A stretch of DNA of 64,000 bases from an uncultured Methylomirabilota bacterium (GTDB taxonomy: Bacteria > Methylomirabilota > Methylomirabilia > Methylomirabilales > 2-02-FULL-66-22): NCBI GenBank assembly GCA_963705305.1, contig OY970067.1, forward strand, positions 3,296,001 through 3,360,000, read 5' to 3'. A model generated the notes under the pieces. The model searched no databases and was not told the origin of the DNA. It saw only the letters and a list, made by a program, of their open reading frames with translations. This document shows, in pieces, positions 30,533-39,734 of this stretch (positions within the stretch are counted from its first letter, which is position 1; every line of letters begins with the position of its first letter). Position numbers and translations under genes: made by a program.

Positions 30533-30823
30533 ATGGCGAAAGCGATGACCAAGGCCCAGATCGTCACGTACTTCTCGGACAAGTTGGGGCTGACCCGCAA
30601 GGTTGCTGCCGGGTTCCTGGACGAGCAGGCGAAATTGGCCGCGAAAGAGGCCAAGAACGGGTTCACCGTCTCGGGTCTGGGCAAGCTGGTTCTGGTGAAC
30701 CGGAAGGCGCGAATGGGCCGCAACCCCCAGACGGGCGAGGCCATCAAGATTCCGGCGCGCCGCGTCGTCCGGTTCCGCGTGGCCAAAGCCATGAAGGATT
30801 CGGTGCTGGGCGGGAAGAAGTAA
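30533..30823 (+). CDS. hup: HU-family DNA-binding protein
   Basis: GLGKL, RKARMGRNPQTGEAIKIPA, FRVAKAMKD. Confidence 0.92.
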   Translation: MAKAMTKAQIVTYFSDKLGLTRKVAAGFLDEQAKLAAKEAKNGFTVSGLGKLVLVNRKARMGRNPQTGEAIKIPARRVVRFRVAKAMKDSVLGGKK

Positions 30824-31253
30824 GGAACGGCCCCCTCGCCAGCTATTCGCCGCGTGGGTTGCCTGCGGATCCGAACGTCGGGCCCGCGAGGCTTGGGCAT
30901 CCGGTGACAGGGTGGAGAGGGCGTCCCGGACGTGACGCCGGGGCTCCCTCCACCCTGGACGGAGCCGCGCGGATCGAGCTGCTCTGCTGCCCCGCCACAC
31001 TCCTCGAGAACTCATCCGCCCTCCGGTCCGATTCGCGTGCCGCCGATTGAATTCGGCGGGTAGGCAGGATTTTTTGTCTGCCCTCGACCTCCGAGCACGC
31101 GCCGCCGGCCGGAATCGACATCCCGCATGCTCCCCTTGATGGGCGGGGCCCAGCCGTGCTAAGGTAATGCGAGGCTGTTCCATCTCTTGGGTTGGTGATG
31201 TACGGTTACGAACGGGATGGTTCGTCCACAGGGGTTCAAACTGGAGGTGCATC

Positions 31254-31751
31254 ATGAGACGTGGATCGTTCTGGATGTGGGTTCTTGGCTTGGGCCTGGT
31301 GCTGGCATTGGCACCGCTCTCACAGGGGCTCGCCGCCGAGACGAAGCAAGAGACGGCACCGGCGCCCGCTGAAAAGCAGGCGGCACCTGCCGCGTCCGAG
31401 CAGAAGCAAGCGGCCCCAGCCATGGAGCAAAAGACGGAAGGGGCTGCCGAGCAGCCGAAGGAGGCAACCGCCGAAAAGAAAGAGCAAGCGAAGGAAAAGC
31501 CGGCCGGCATGGTGGGGACCGTCGTGGCCGTCGTGCCGGACAGCGGCACCCTCGTGGTCGACGTTCCGCAAGGGAAAGCGGTCCTTCGGATCGGCGCGTG
31601 GGCGACCAAGAAGACGAAGATCGAGGCCGGCGGGAAGTCGATCGCCTTCAGTGCCCTCAAGGTGGACAGCAAGGTGCGCATCAACATCCACCGGACTTCT
31701 ACCGGGGATGATCTGATTTCCGTGGAGGTCCTGAGCGGGAGGAAGGGCTGA
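31254..31751 (+). CDS. Exported protein with Ala/Glu/Lys-rich linker and small OB-like domain
   Basis: Signal peptide; GTVVAV...TKI...LKVDSKVRI; GGAGG RBS. Confidence 0.65.
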   Translation: MRRGSFWMWVLGLGLVLALAPLSQGLAAETKQETAPAPAEKQAAPAASEQKQAAPAMEQKTEGAAEQPKEATAEKKEQAKEKPAGMVGTVVAVVPDSGTLVVDVPQGKAVLRIGAWATKKTKIEAGGKSIAFSALKVDSKVRINIHRTSTGDDLISVEVLSGRKG

Positions 31752-32048
31752 TTTACCCTAGCGCGCCCCCGGCCTGTGGAGAAGGGGGGACCGTCGTTCT
31801 TGATGCCCCCGCGGCGGCGTAGAGCCCGCTGCGGGGGCATTGTTACTCCGGCTTCGATTGTAATGGAATTCACCAGTTCCGTACCAACCGTGCCTGCCTA
31901 TGGTCCTACCGTTGAATTATTCGGCACTAATGATGCATTAAATGAATGCACGGATAGCTGTTTAATAATAATGAGACTGAATGTCCCATATTTGATTGAA
32001 GTTGAGACGTTTTCCATCCGGTGCACCTCCGAGCCTGGGTGAGTCGAG

Positions 32049-33680
32049 ATGCGACTGAAGCAGAGCTTGGAAGGCAAGCTCCTCCTAACTGTCTGCGGCT
32101 TCATCTTTCTCTCGATTGGAATCATTACGTGGGTCAACATCCGCTCGGAGCAGACCCGCCTCGTTGACCTCGTCATCGACAATGCCAGCCGATTCAGCGA
32201 CACCGTCAAGCGAAGCACCCACTATGCTATGCTCCGGAACCGCTGGGAGGATGCGTTCCAGATCATGCGTGCCATCGGCGCCCAAGAGGGTGTTGACAGG
32301 GTTCGAGTGTTCAGCAAAGAGGGCAACATCCTTTTTTCGACCGACCCCGCAGAGGTCGGGAGGGCGGTGGACAAGCGGGCTGAATCCTGCTACGCCTGCC
32401 ACGCGGCAGAGCGGCCGATCGAGCGCCTGAACCAGACGGACCGCGCCCGCATCTTCCGCGACAGTGAGGGCAACCGCCTGCTGGGGATGATTACGCCCCT
32501 CTACAACGAGCCGGAATGCTACGACGGCTGCCACGTCCATCCTCGGAGTAAGCAGGTGCTGGGGGTCCTGGATATCACCCTGTCGCTCGCGCGGGTCGAC
32601 AGAGATACTGCGGCGGCGACCCGACAAACCATGACATTCAGTGCGCTCAGCGTCCTCGTCCTGGCCCTCCTCCTGGCCCTCGTCGTGCGACGCGCTGTGG
32701 TCCGCCCCATTCGCGAGCTGGTAGAAGGGACCCGCCACGTGGCCGCCGGCGATCTTGCGCATCGGCTTCCCATCCACAGCTCCGACGAGGTCGGCGAGCT
32801 GGCCGGCTCATTCAACCAGATGACGGAAGCCCTGGCCAGGACCAGGGCGGAGCTCAATGGACTGGTGGACACTCTCGAGCAGCGGGTGCACGAGCGCACC
32901 CGGGAGCTGCGCGAGACCCAGGCCCAGCTCGTCCAGAACGAGAAACTGGCCTCCCTGGGAAAACTGTCGGCGTCCATCGCCCACGAGATCAACAACCCGC
33001 TCTCCGGCATCCTGACGTACGCCAAACTCATCAGCCGCCGGCTGCGCGCCAACAACCAGCCCGGCCCGGAAGAGGTCATGACGGCGCTGAAGCAGCTGGC
33101 CCTGGTCGAGCGCGAGACGCAGCGCTGCTCCAGCATCGTGCGCAACCTCCTGGACTTCTCCCGCCAGCGCGAGCCTGCCTTCCAGGATGTGGACATCCGC
33201 GCCGTCTTGGAGGAAACGATTCACCTGGTGGCCAACCGGATGGCGATGCAGAACATCACCATCGAGCAGCAGACACCGCCGGTGCCGCCGGTACGAGCCG
33301 ACTTCGGTCAGCTCCGGCAGGCCGTGGTGAACATCCTGTTGAATGCCTGCGAGGCGATGGAGAAAGGGGGGACCCTGCGGGTGGTCGTGCGGGAGGTCTC
33401 CGAGGCCGAGGGCGGCACGGGCGGGCCCGACAGGCCTGCGAAAGGCCGCCTGTTCACCGAGATCGCCATCAGCGACACGGGGCCGGGGATTCCACCGGAG
33501 TATCTGTCCAAGATCTTCGATCCCTTTTTTTCAACCAAGGAAAAGGGAACAGGATTGGGCCTGTCCGTCGTGTACGGGATCGTGGAGAAGCACGGGGGGA
33601 AGATCGCCGTGGACAGCCAGGTCGGGCGGGGCACCACCGTGACCCTGCGGATTCCCGCCTCAACGTCCGGGTCCGCGTGA
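32049..33680 (+). CDS. Membrane sensor histidine kinase with heme-binding motifs in the periplasmic domain
   Basis: 2 TM, CYACH and CYDGCH, HAMP, IAHEINNPL, NILLNA, DTGPGI, GTGLGLS. Confidence 0.92.
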   Translation: MRLKQSLEGKLLLTVCGFIFLSIGIITWVNIRSEQTRLVDLVIDNASRFSDTVKRSTHYAMLRNRWEDAFQIMRAIGAQEGVDRVRVFSKEGNILFSTDPAEVGRAVDKRAESCYACHAAERPIERLNQTDRARIFRDSEGNRLLGMITPLYNEPECYDGCHVHPRSKQVLGVLDITLSLARVDRDTAAATRQTMTFSALSVLVLALLLALVVRRAVVRPIRELVEGTRHVAAGDLAHRLPIHSSDEVGELAGSFNQMTEALARTRAELNGLVDTLEQRVHERTRELRETQAQLVQNEKLASLGKLSASIAHEINNPLSGILTYAKLISRRLRANNQPGPEEVMTALKQLALVERETQRCSSIVRNLLDFSRQREPAFQDVDIRAVLEETIHLVANRMAMQNITIEQQTPPVPPVRADFGQLRQAVVNILLNACEAMEKGGTLRVVVREVSEAEGGTGGPDRPAKGRLFTEIAISDTGPGIPPEYLSKIFDPFFSTKEKGTGLGLSVVYGIVEKHGGKIAVDSQVGRGTTVTLRIPASTSGSA

Positions 33681-33686
33681 GGCAGC

Positions 33687-34250
33687 ATGGAACAACAGGA
33701 GGCGATCCTCCTGGAATGGTTCGGTGAGCAGTCGATGGACGGCGCGCTTCTGGAGCGGGTCCGGCGGAAGGTTGGGGCGGCGTTCGCCGTGCCGACCGGC
33801 CTCAGTGCTGTGAACGGCCCACCGGCCGACACGCTAGATGCCCGCCGGAGGCAGCGCTCTTCGACGAAGATTCTCCGCTGGATGCTGGAGCGGGCCCCGT
33901 CGGGCGCCGGGAAGAGGCTGGGTATCACGGATGCGGACCTGTTCATTCCCGCCCTCACGTTCGTGTTCGGGGAGGCACAGGTCGGCGGGCGGGTCGGGGT
34001 GGTGAGTATGGCGCGACTCCATTTCACCTATGACGGCCAGTCTTTGGACCCGCCGGCCGTGGAGGCGCGGCTGGTCAAGGAATGCCTCCACGAATTGGGA
34101 CACACCTTCGGGCTGGTGCATTGCCCTGACCCGGCTTGCGTGATGTCCCGCTCGAACTCATTGCTGGATGTGGATCAAAAGCAGCCAGAGTTCTGCCGCG
34201 ACTGTCGATTGCGGCTCCAGGACCTGCAAAAGAAGAGGGACGCGTCATGA
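33687..34250 (+). CDS. Archaemetzincin-family (M54) zinc metalloprotease
   Basis: FVFGEA, KECLHELGHTFGLVHC...CVM..S....VD.K...FC..C. Confidence 0.88.
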   Translation: MEQQEAILLEWFGEQSMDGALLERVRRKVGAAFAVPTGLSAVNGPPADTLDARRRQRSSTKILRWMLERAPSGAGKRLGITDADLFIPALTFVFGEAQVGGRVGVVSMARLHFTYDGQSLDPPAVEARLVKECLHELGHTFGLVHCPDPACVMSRSNSLLDVDQKQPEFCRDCRLRLQDLQKKRDAS

Positions 34251-35608
34251 AAGGCAAAGGGCCCATCCTGGTGGTAGACGATGAGGAAATCGTCCGAGAT
34301 TCCCTGGCCAGCTGGCTGGAGGAGGACGGCTATCAGGTGGACACCGCGGCGGACGGGCCCGCCGCTCTGGGTCGCCTGGCCGAAAAGGCCTATGCCATCC
34401 TCCTGGTGGACCTGAAGATGCCGGGAATGGACGGGCTGCAGGTCCTGGCACAGGCCCGCACCATCCAGCCGGATGCGGCGGTCATCATCATGACGGCCTA
34501 CGCCACGGTGGATACCGCGGTCCAGGCGATGAAGCAGGGGGCCCATGATTACCTGGTGAAGCCCTTCGAGCCGGAAGAGCTCTCCCAGATGGTAAGCCGG
34601 TTGACGCAGCAGCGGAACCTCCAGCGGGAAAACGTCCTGTTGCGGCGCGCGCTCAAGCACCAGGTGTCCTTCAAGGATATGGTGAGCAAGAGCCCCAAGA
34701 TGGAGGCCGTGTTCGAACTGGCGCGGACGGCCGCCAAGAGCCAATCCACCGTGCTAATTTTGGGAGAGAGCGGCACGGGCAAGGAGATGCTGGCCCGGGC
34801 TATCCACGAGGAAAGTCCGCGGAAGGACAAGCCCTGGCTGGCTGTCTCGTGCGCGGCGCTGACCGAAAGCCTCTTGGAGAGCGAACTCTTTGGTCATGAG
34901 CGGGGGGCGTTTACCGGTGCGGTCGGCAGCGCCCGGGGGAAGTTCGAGCTGGCATCCGGCGGGACCCTGTTCCTGGACGAAATCGGAGACATCAGCCCGA
35001 AACTTCAGCTGGACCTCCTGCGGGTCCTGGACGCCCGGGAGTTTTCCCGCGTGGGAGGATCCCAAATCATCAAGACCGATGTCAGGATCATCGCGGCCAC
35101 CAACCGCGACCTCAGGAAGCTGGTGGAGGCCGGCCATTTCCGCGAGGACCTATTTTACCGGCTGAATGTCATCCCCATCAGCCTTCCGCCGCTGCGGGAA
35201 CGGAAGGAAGATATCCCGCTGCTGGTCGAACACTTCCTGGGCCTGCTCCGTACGGAGCTGGAGAAGCCGCTGGAAGGCATCTCCTCGGAAGGAATGGAGA
35301 ATCTTTCCGGCTATGATTGGCCGGGGAACGTCCGGGAATTGAGGAATGTCCTCGAGCGGGGGGCGGTTATGGCGCGCGGCCCCCTTCTCACGCCGTCGGA
35401 CCTCGATCTGGCCCGCACGGGGTCCCCAACCCCCGAGCCGGCCTCAAACGGGGCCGGGGGTTCACTCAAGGACGTCGAGCGACGGCATATCGAGGCGATC
35501 CTCAAACAGCACAACTGGAATATCACTCGGTCGGCGAAGGCCCTTGGAATCGACCGCGTAACCTTGTACAACAAAATTAAACGGTACGACATCCAGGAGA
35601 ACGAATGA
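34247..35608 (+). CDS. Sigma54-dependent response regulator (NtrC family)
   Basis: REC (VVDD, DLKMP, KP), GESGTGKE, GAFTGA, LFLDEIG, WPGNVREL, Fis-type HTH; ATGA overlap with the protease gene. Confidence 0.95.
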   Translation: MKGKGPILVVDDEEIVRDSLASWLEEDGYQVDTAADGPAALGRLAEKAYAILLVDLKMPGMDGLQVLAQARTIQPDAAVIIMTAYATVDTAVQAMKQGAHDYLVKPFEPEELSQMVSRLTQQRNLQRENVLLRRALKHQVSFKDMVSKSPKMEAVFELARTAAKSQSTVLILGESGTGKEMLARAIHEESPRKDKPWLAVSCAALTESLLESELFGHERGAFTGAVGSARGKFELASGGTLFLDEIGDISPKLQLDLLRVLDAREFSRVGGSQIIKTDVRIIAATNRDLRKLVEAGHFREDLFYRLNVIPISLPPLRERKEDIPLLVEHFLGLLRTELEKPLEGISSEGMENLSGYDWPGNVRELRNVLERGAVMARGPLLTPSDLDLARTGSPTPEPASNGAGGSLKDVERRHIEAILKQHNWNITRSAKALGIDRVTLYNKIKRYDIQENE

Positions 35609-35614
35609 GCCTAC

Positions 35615-35844
35615 CGTCGAATATAGCAACACCATGTTGTGAATCTATACACGCATCCGATCTGAACGAATGAATCACAGATTCAATTGGTTATGGCAAT
35701 AACATTCCTGAGTGTTGAATTCAACTACAATTGACCTCCCGTCAGCGTTTCCTTTCTCTACACTCCGTTTAAACCGTAACTAGTTGAATATAGATTGGAA
35801 AACTCCAACGCTACTGGAGTCGTGCGCGGTGGCATGAGAATTGA
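35615..35844 (+). promoter_or_regulatory. Putative activator sites and sigma54 promoter
   Basis: Three (T/C)GT-N11-ACA boxes at 35615, 35635 and 35713; TGGCATGAGAATTGA at 35830-35844 (-24 GG, variant -12 GA). Confidence 0.55.
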
Positions 35845-35882
35845 CTATCCCTATTGGTAAACATCTGGGGGAGAACTCCAAC

Positions 35883-36104
35883 ATGCGATGTCCATTTTTC
35901 GAAGAGGTGGTGGTCGCGTTCTGCCGGGCTTACCCGGTGAAGAAGATGGTCCCTAGCGACCGTATTCAGGCCGACTGCATTTGCACGTGCGAGACCTTTA
36001 CGGATTGCCCTCTGTTCCAGGAAATCATGGCCAAGGTCGAGGGGACACACGCGAAGAAAGCGGAGCTCGATGCAGAACAGGAAAAAGAAGCCGGATCGTC
36101 GTGA
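35883..36104 (+). CDS. Small Cys-rich hypothetical protein
   Basis: MRCPFF...FC...MVP...CICTCETFTDCPLF; GGGGAG RBS. Confidence 0.65.
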   Translation: MRCPFFEEVVVAFCRAYPVKKMVPSDRIQADCICTCETFTDCPLFQEIMAKVEGTHAKKAELDAEQEKEAGSS

Positions 36105-36152
36105 CGCCCCGAGGGGCAGCTGGGGCGGATCAAGAGCGAGAGGAGGCGGGTC

Positions 36153-36857
36153 ATGGTTGCCATCTTGGTTGTGTTGACCATTGTGCTTTTCGTGGCTGCG
36201 GACCTTGTGGTGGAGTGGCTGCGGGTTCGGCGAGCCGTACCCGCCGCTGCGCCAAAACCGGCGGGGGCCTTCCCCGACATGATTCTGCCAAAACTCCAGG
36301 CCGATCGGTTTATGCTGCCGGGGGGCCTGTTCTTTCATCGGAGCCACACCTGGGCGAACCTCCTCTTTTCGGGGCAGGTGAAGGTCGGGGTGGACGATTT
36401 CCTCCAGCGGGTCCTGGGCCACGTGGATGCCATCACGCTGCCCGCGGTGGGCGCACAGGTCAAAGAGGGGCAGCCGCTCGCGGTCATTCGGCAGGGCGGT
36501 CGAACGGCAACGCTCCGGTCTCCCGTGGACGGCGTGATCTGTGCGGTGAATGAAGAGGTGGCCAAGCTTCCCAGCTTGGTGAAGCGGGATCCGTACACGC
36601 GGGGATGGCTGGTGGCCGTCCGGCCCGCGAATCTGGCGGCCAATTTCCCCCGGCTCATGGTCGGAGAGCAGGCCCTGAGCTGGCTGAAGAGCGAACTGGA
36701 TCGCCTGACGCAGCTCCTGCGGTCCGCCCTGATGCAAAAGGGGGATGCCCTGCTCGGGGCCACCGCGGCGGACGGCGGGGTGATGGTCGACGGCGTCCTG
36801 GAGCATCTGGACGACGAGACCTGGTCGGAGTTCCAGTCCAGGTTCCTGGCGGGGTAG
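36153..36857 (+). CDS. Membrane-anchored glycine-cleavage-H-like protein lacking the lipoyl lysine
   Basis: HRSHTWA, VGVDDF, SPVDGVICAVN, DPYTRGWL; N-terminal TM helix; QGGR in place of ESVK. Confidence 0.85.
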   Translation: MVAILVVLTIVLFVAADLVVEWLRVRRAVPAAAPKPAGAFPDMILPKLQADRFMLPGGLFFHRSHTWANLLFSGQVKVGVDDFLQRVLGHVDAITLPAVGAQVKEGQPLAVIRQGGRTATLRSPVDGVICAVNEEVAKLPSLVKRDPYTRGWLVAVRPANLAANFPRLMVGEQALSWLKSELDRLTQLLRSALMQKGDALLGATAADGGVMVDGVLEHLDDETWSEFQSRFLAG

Positions 36858-36918
36858 GGCGCGGACAGGGAGAACAGGGTCGTCGCGCTGAGGGAATGCT
36901 GGATCGGAGGATCTGTTC

Positions 36919-37278
36919 ATGGGCACACGAGGGGGGAAGTGGGTTCTCGGGATCGCAGGCGCTGTGCTCCTGCTCCTCGGAGGATATGCGGCCGCAGATC
37001 AGCTGCGGCTGCCGGCGGACTACACCTTCCCGCCCCTTGCGGCGAGCCCGGGGCCGGTCGTCTACAGTCATGAGTTCCATGCCGCCTTTGCGGACAAGTG
37101 CACCGTTTGCCACGTCCAGCTGTTTCCAATTCTGCATCCGACCCCGCACGTCAGCCACAGCGAGATGAACGCCGGCAGGTCCTGTGGAGCGTGCCATAAC
37201 GGTCAGATGGCATTCGGCACGGCCGATCCTGCCAGCTGCGAAAGGTGCCACGCTTCGAAGTCGAGGAGATCGTCATGA
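36919..37278 (+). CDS. Triheme c7-type cytochrome c
   Basis: Signal peptide, YSHEFH, CTVCH, CGACH, CERCH. Confidence 0.85.
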   Translation: MGTRGGKWVLGIAGAVLLLLGGYAAADQLRLPADYTFPPLAASPGPVVYSHEFHAAFADKCTVCHVQLFPILHPTPHVSHSEMNAGRSCGACHNGQMAFGTADPASCERCHASKSRRSS

Positions 37279-38045
37279 AGGCCGGCGTCCTTTTCGACAG
37301 CACCAAGTGCCTCGACTGCGAGGCGTGTGTGGCGGCATGCAAGGAGAAGAACGGCCTGCCGCCGAAGATCGACCCGAAACTGACCGCCTACACGTGGACG
37401 GTGGTGGAGGAGCACCAGAAAGCCTTCGTCCGCCGTATGTGCATGCACTGCGAGTCTCCGACCTGCGCGTCGGTCTGCCCGGTGGGGGCCTTTCGCAAGA
37501 CGCCCAGCGGTCCGGTGGTGTACGACGCCAGCCGTTGCATCGGCTGTCGATATTGCATCATGGCCTGCCCGTTCAACATCCCCAAGTACCAGTGGGACCG
37601 GACCATCCCCATCGTCCAGAAATGCATGCTGTGCGCCGACCGGATTGCGGCAGGCCAGTCGCCGGCCTGCGCGGCCGTCTGCCCCACCGGGGCCACCCAA
37701 TTCGGCGATCGCGACGATCTGATCCAGGAGGCGCAACGCCGGTTGAAAGCCGCCCCGGGCAAGTACGTCCCGCGGATCTACGGAATCGAGGAGGTGGGGG
37801 GAACCTCCGTGCTCATGATGTCCAGCGTTCCGTTCGCCCAGCTGGGCTTCCGGCCCAATCTTCCAGATGCGCCACTGCCGAATTTGACCTGGCGGGTCCT
37901 CTCGGAACTGCCGAATGTGGTCATGGTGGGAGGGGTGCTCCTGTACGGGATCTGGTGGATTACGAACCGCCGCACCCTGGTTCAGCAGATGGAGGCGGAG
38001 GAGGCGAAAGGGCGCCTGCCCAAGGACGGCCGCAGCTCCGGCTAG
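37275..38045 (+). CDS. HybA/NrfC-like 4x[4Fe-4S] protein with C-terminal TM anchor
   Basis: CLDCEACVAAC, CMHC..PTCASVCP, CIGCRYCIMACP, KCMLC...PACAAVCP; TM VMVGGVLLYGIWWI. Confidence 0.9.
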   Translation: MKAGVLFDSTKCLDCEACVAACKEKNGLPPKIDPKLTAYTWTVVEEHQKAFVRRMCMHCESPTCASVCPVGAFRKTPSGPVVYDASRCIGCRYCIMACPFNIPKYQWDRTIPIVQKCMLCADRIAAGQSPACAAVCPTGATQFGDRDDLIQEAQRRLKAAPGKYVPRIYGIEEVGGTSVLMMSSVPFAQLGFRPNLPDAPLPNLTWRVLSELPNVVMVGGVLLYGIWWITNRRTLVQQMEAEEAKGRLPKDGRSSG

Positions 38046-38090
38046 CGCCGCGAGATCGACGGGCATGCGGGAAGGATGAGGGGGATCGAG

Positions 38091-39326
38091 ATGGCGACCA
38101 GGCAATGGCCTCGGGTGACGTTCTGGCGGGTGGTGTTCTGTCTGCTGATGGGGGCGGGGGCGGTGGCGACCGTCGTCCGCTTCGGCTGGGGGCTGGGAGC
38201 CAGCACCCATCTGAGCGACCAGTTTCCCTGGGGGTTGTGGATCGGCTTCGACATCCTGTGCGGGGTGGGCCTGGCGGCAGGAGGGTTTGCGCTGACGGGT
38301 GCCGTCTACCTGTTCAATCTCAAGCGGTTCACCCCGATCGTGCGGCCGACCGTCCTCACGGCCTTCCTGGGATACGTCTTCGTGAGCGTGGCCCTCTTGT
38401 ACGACATTGGACGACCCCTTCGGATCTGGCACGCCATGATCATGTGGAACCCCCACTCGGTGATGTTCGAGGTGGCCTGGTGCGTCATGCTCTACACCAC
38501 CATTCTGTCGCTGGAATTCTCCCCCGTGGTGTTCGAGCGGCTGAATCTGGAGCGTCCGCGGCGCATCGTCCGGGGCATCACCGTTCCGCTGGTGATCGTC
38601 GGGGTGCTTCTGTCGACGCTCCACCAGTCCTCTCTCGGCACGCTGTTCCTGATCGTCCCGGAGAAGCTTCATCCCCTCTGGTACACGCCGCTCCTGCCGG
38701 TGTTCTTCTTCCTCTCGGCCATCGCCGCCGGGCTGGGGATGGTGATCGTGGAGTCCTATCTCAGTCAGCGGGCATTCAAGCGCAATCTGGAGATGGAGCT
38801 CCTGGAGCCGCTGGGGCGGACGATCGTGGTCCTGCTCAGCGTCTACGGGGTCCTGCGCCTCCAGGATCTGGCGGGTCGGGGCGCGTTGGCAGGGCTCACG
38901 ACGTTGAGCTACGAGGGCTCGATGTTCCTGATCGAGTTCGTCCTGGGCGTGATCCTGCCCATTCTGGTCCTGGCAAACCCGAAGGTTCGCCTGCGGCCGC
39001 GTGGGCTGGTGACGGGCGCCTTTCTCACCGTGCTTGGCTTCGTCATGAACCGGCTGAATGTCAGCGTGACCGGTATGGAGCATGCAGCGGGCGTCAGCTA
39101 TTTCCCCTCCTGGGAAGAAATAGCCATTTCGTTGGCCCTGGTGGCCGCGGGCTTTGCCATCTTCGGGCAGGCGGTCCAACACTTGCCGATCTTCCCGGAG
39201 GAGCGGGGAGAAGGATCCGGGGCCCACGCGGCCCCGACGTGGGTCCCCCCGGCATCGCCGCTGGCCGGATTTGCAGAGGGAGCCTCCTTCCCCGTTCCCA
39301 GGCCCGACAGCGGGGCCTCGGACTGA
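38091..39326 (+). CDS. HybB/NrfD-family integral membrane quinone-interacting subunit
   Basis: PWGLWIGFD, DIGRP, SVMFEVAWC, STLHQSSLG, LHPLW, NRLNV. Confidence 0.9.
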   Translation: MATRQWPRVTFWRVVFCLLMGAGAVATVVRFGWGLGASTHLSDQFPWGLWIGFDILCGVGLAAGGFALTGAVYLFNLKRFTPIVRPTVLTAFLGYVFVSVALLYDIGRPLRIWHAMIMWNPHSVMFEVAWCVMLYTTILSLEFSPVVFERLNLERPRRIVRGITVPLVIVGVLLSTLHQSSLGTLFLIVPEKLHPLWYTPLLPVFFFLSAIAAGLGMVIVESYLSQRAFKRNLEMELLEPLGRTIVVLLSVYGVLRLQDLAGRGALAGLTTLSYEGSMFLIEFVLGVILPILVLANPKVRLRPRGLVTGAFLTVLGFVMNRLNVSVTGMEHAAGVSYFPSWEEIAISLALVAAGFAIFGQAVQHLPIFPEERGEGSGAHAAPTWVPPASPLAGFAEGASFPVPRPDSGASD

Positions 39327-39734
39327 CGGCGGGGAGGGCGCCCTTCCGCGAGGCAGCGGCGGAATGGCGCCCCCCCGCGTGGCGCTTTGGCCTCGCGGGC
39401 GTTCGTCGGGCCATCCCGGAAATGACGGAATCCCCGATCCGCCGGCTCACCGGCCTTGACACTCACCCAGACCTCAAGTAACGTTTCCCAGTCGTCGTTT
39501 CCCCCCTGAGCGTCGGCGGTGTCTGGAACGAATCTCCGCGGGGCCAAGGACAGGACCGCGCGCCGGTTCCGGAGACGGCCCCGTCTCCAGGATGGCGGGT
39601 GGGCCGTCCTCAGAATGGATGGGCCGGGCCCGGCCCGGCGAAAGAGCGCCGAGGGGTACTCAGCCACGATGAAGCTGCGCTGGCTGCCTGGACGCGGCGG
39701 GAAGCGCGTGCGTCGGCGTGCGAAAGGAGCCATC

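Noticed and set aside
37275..39326. Calling the cluster hydrogenase-2 (hyb operon)
   Set aside because: No NiFe large or small subunit or maturation genes are present in the window
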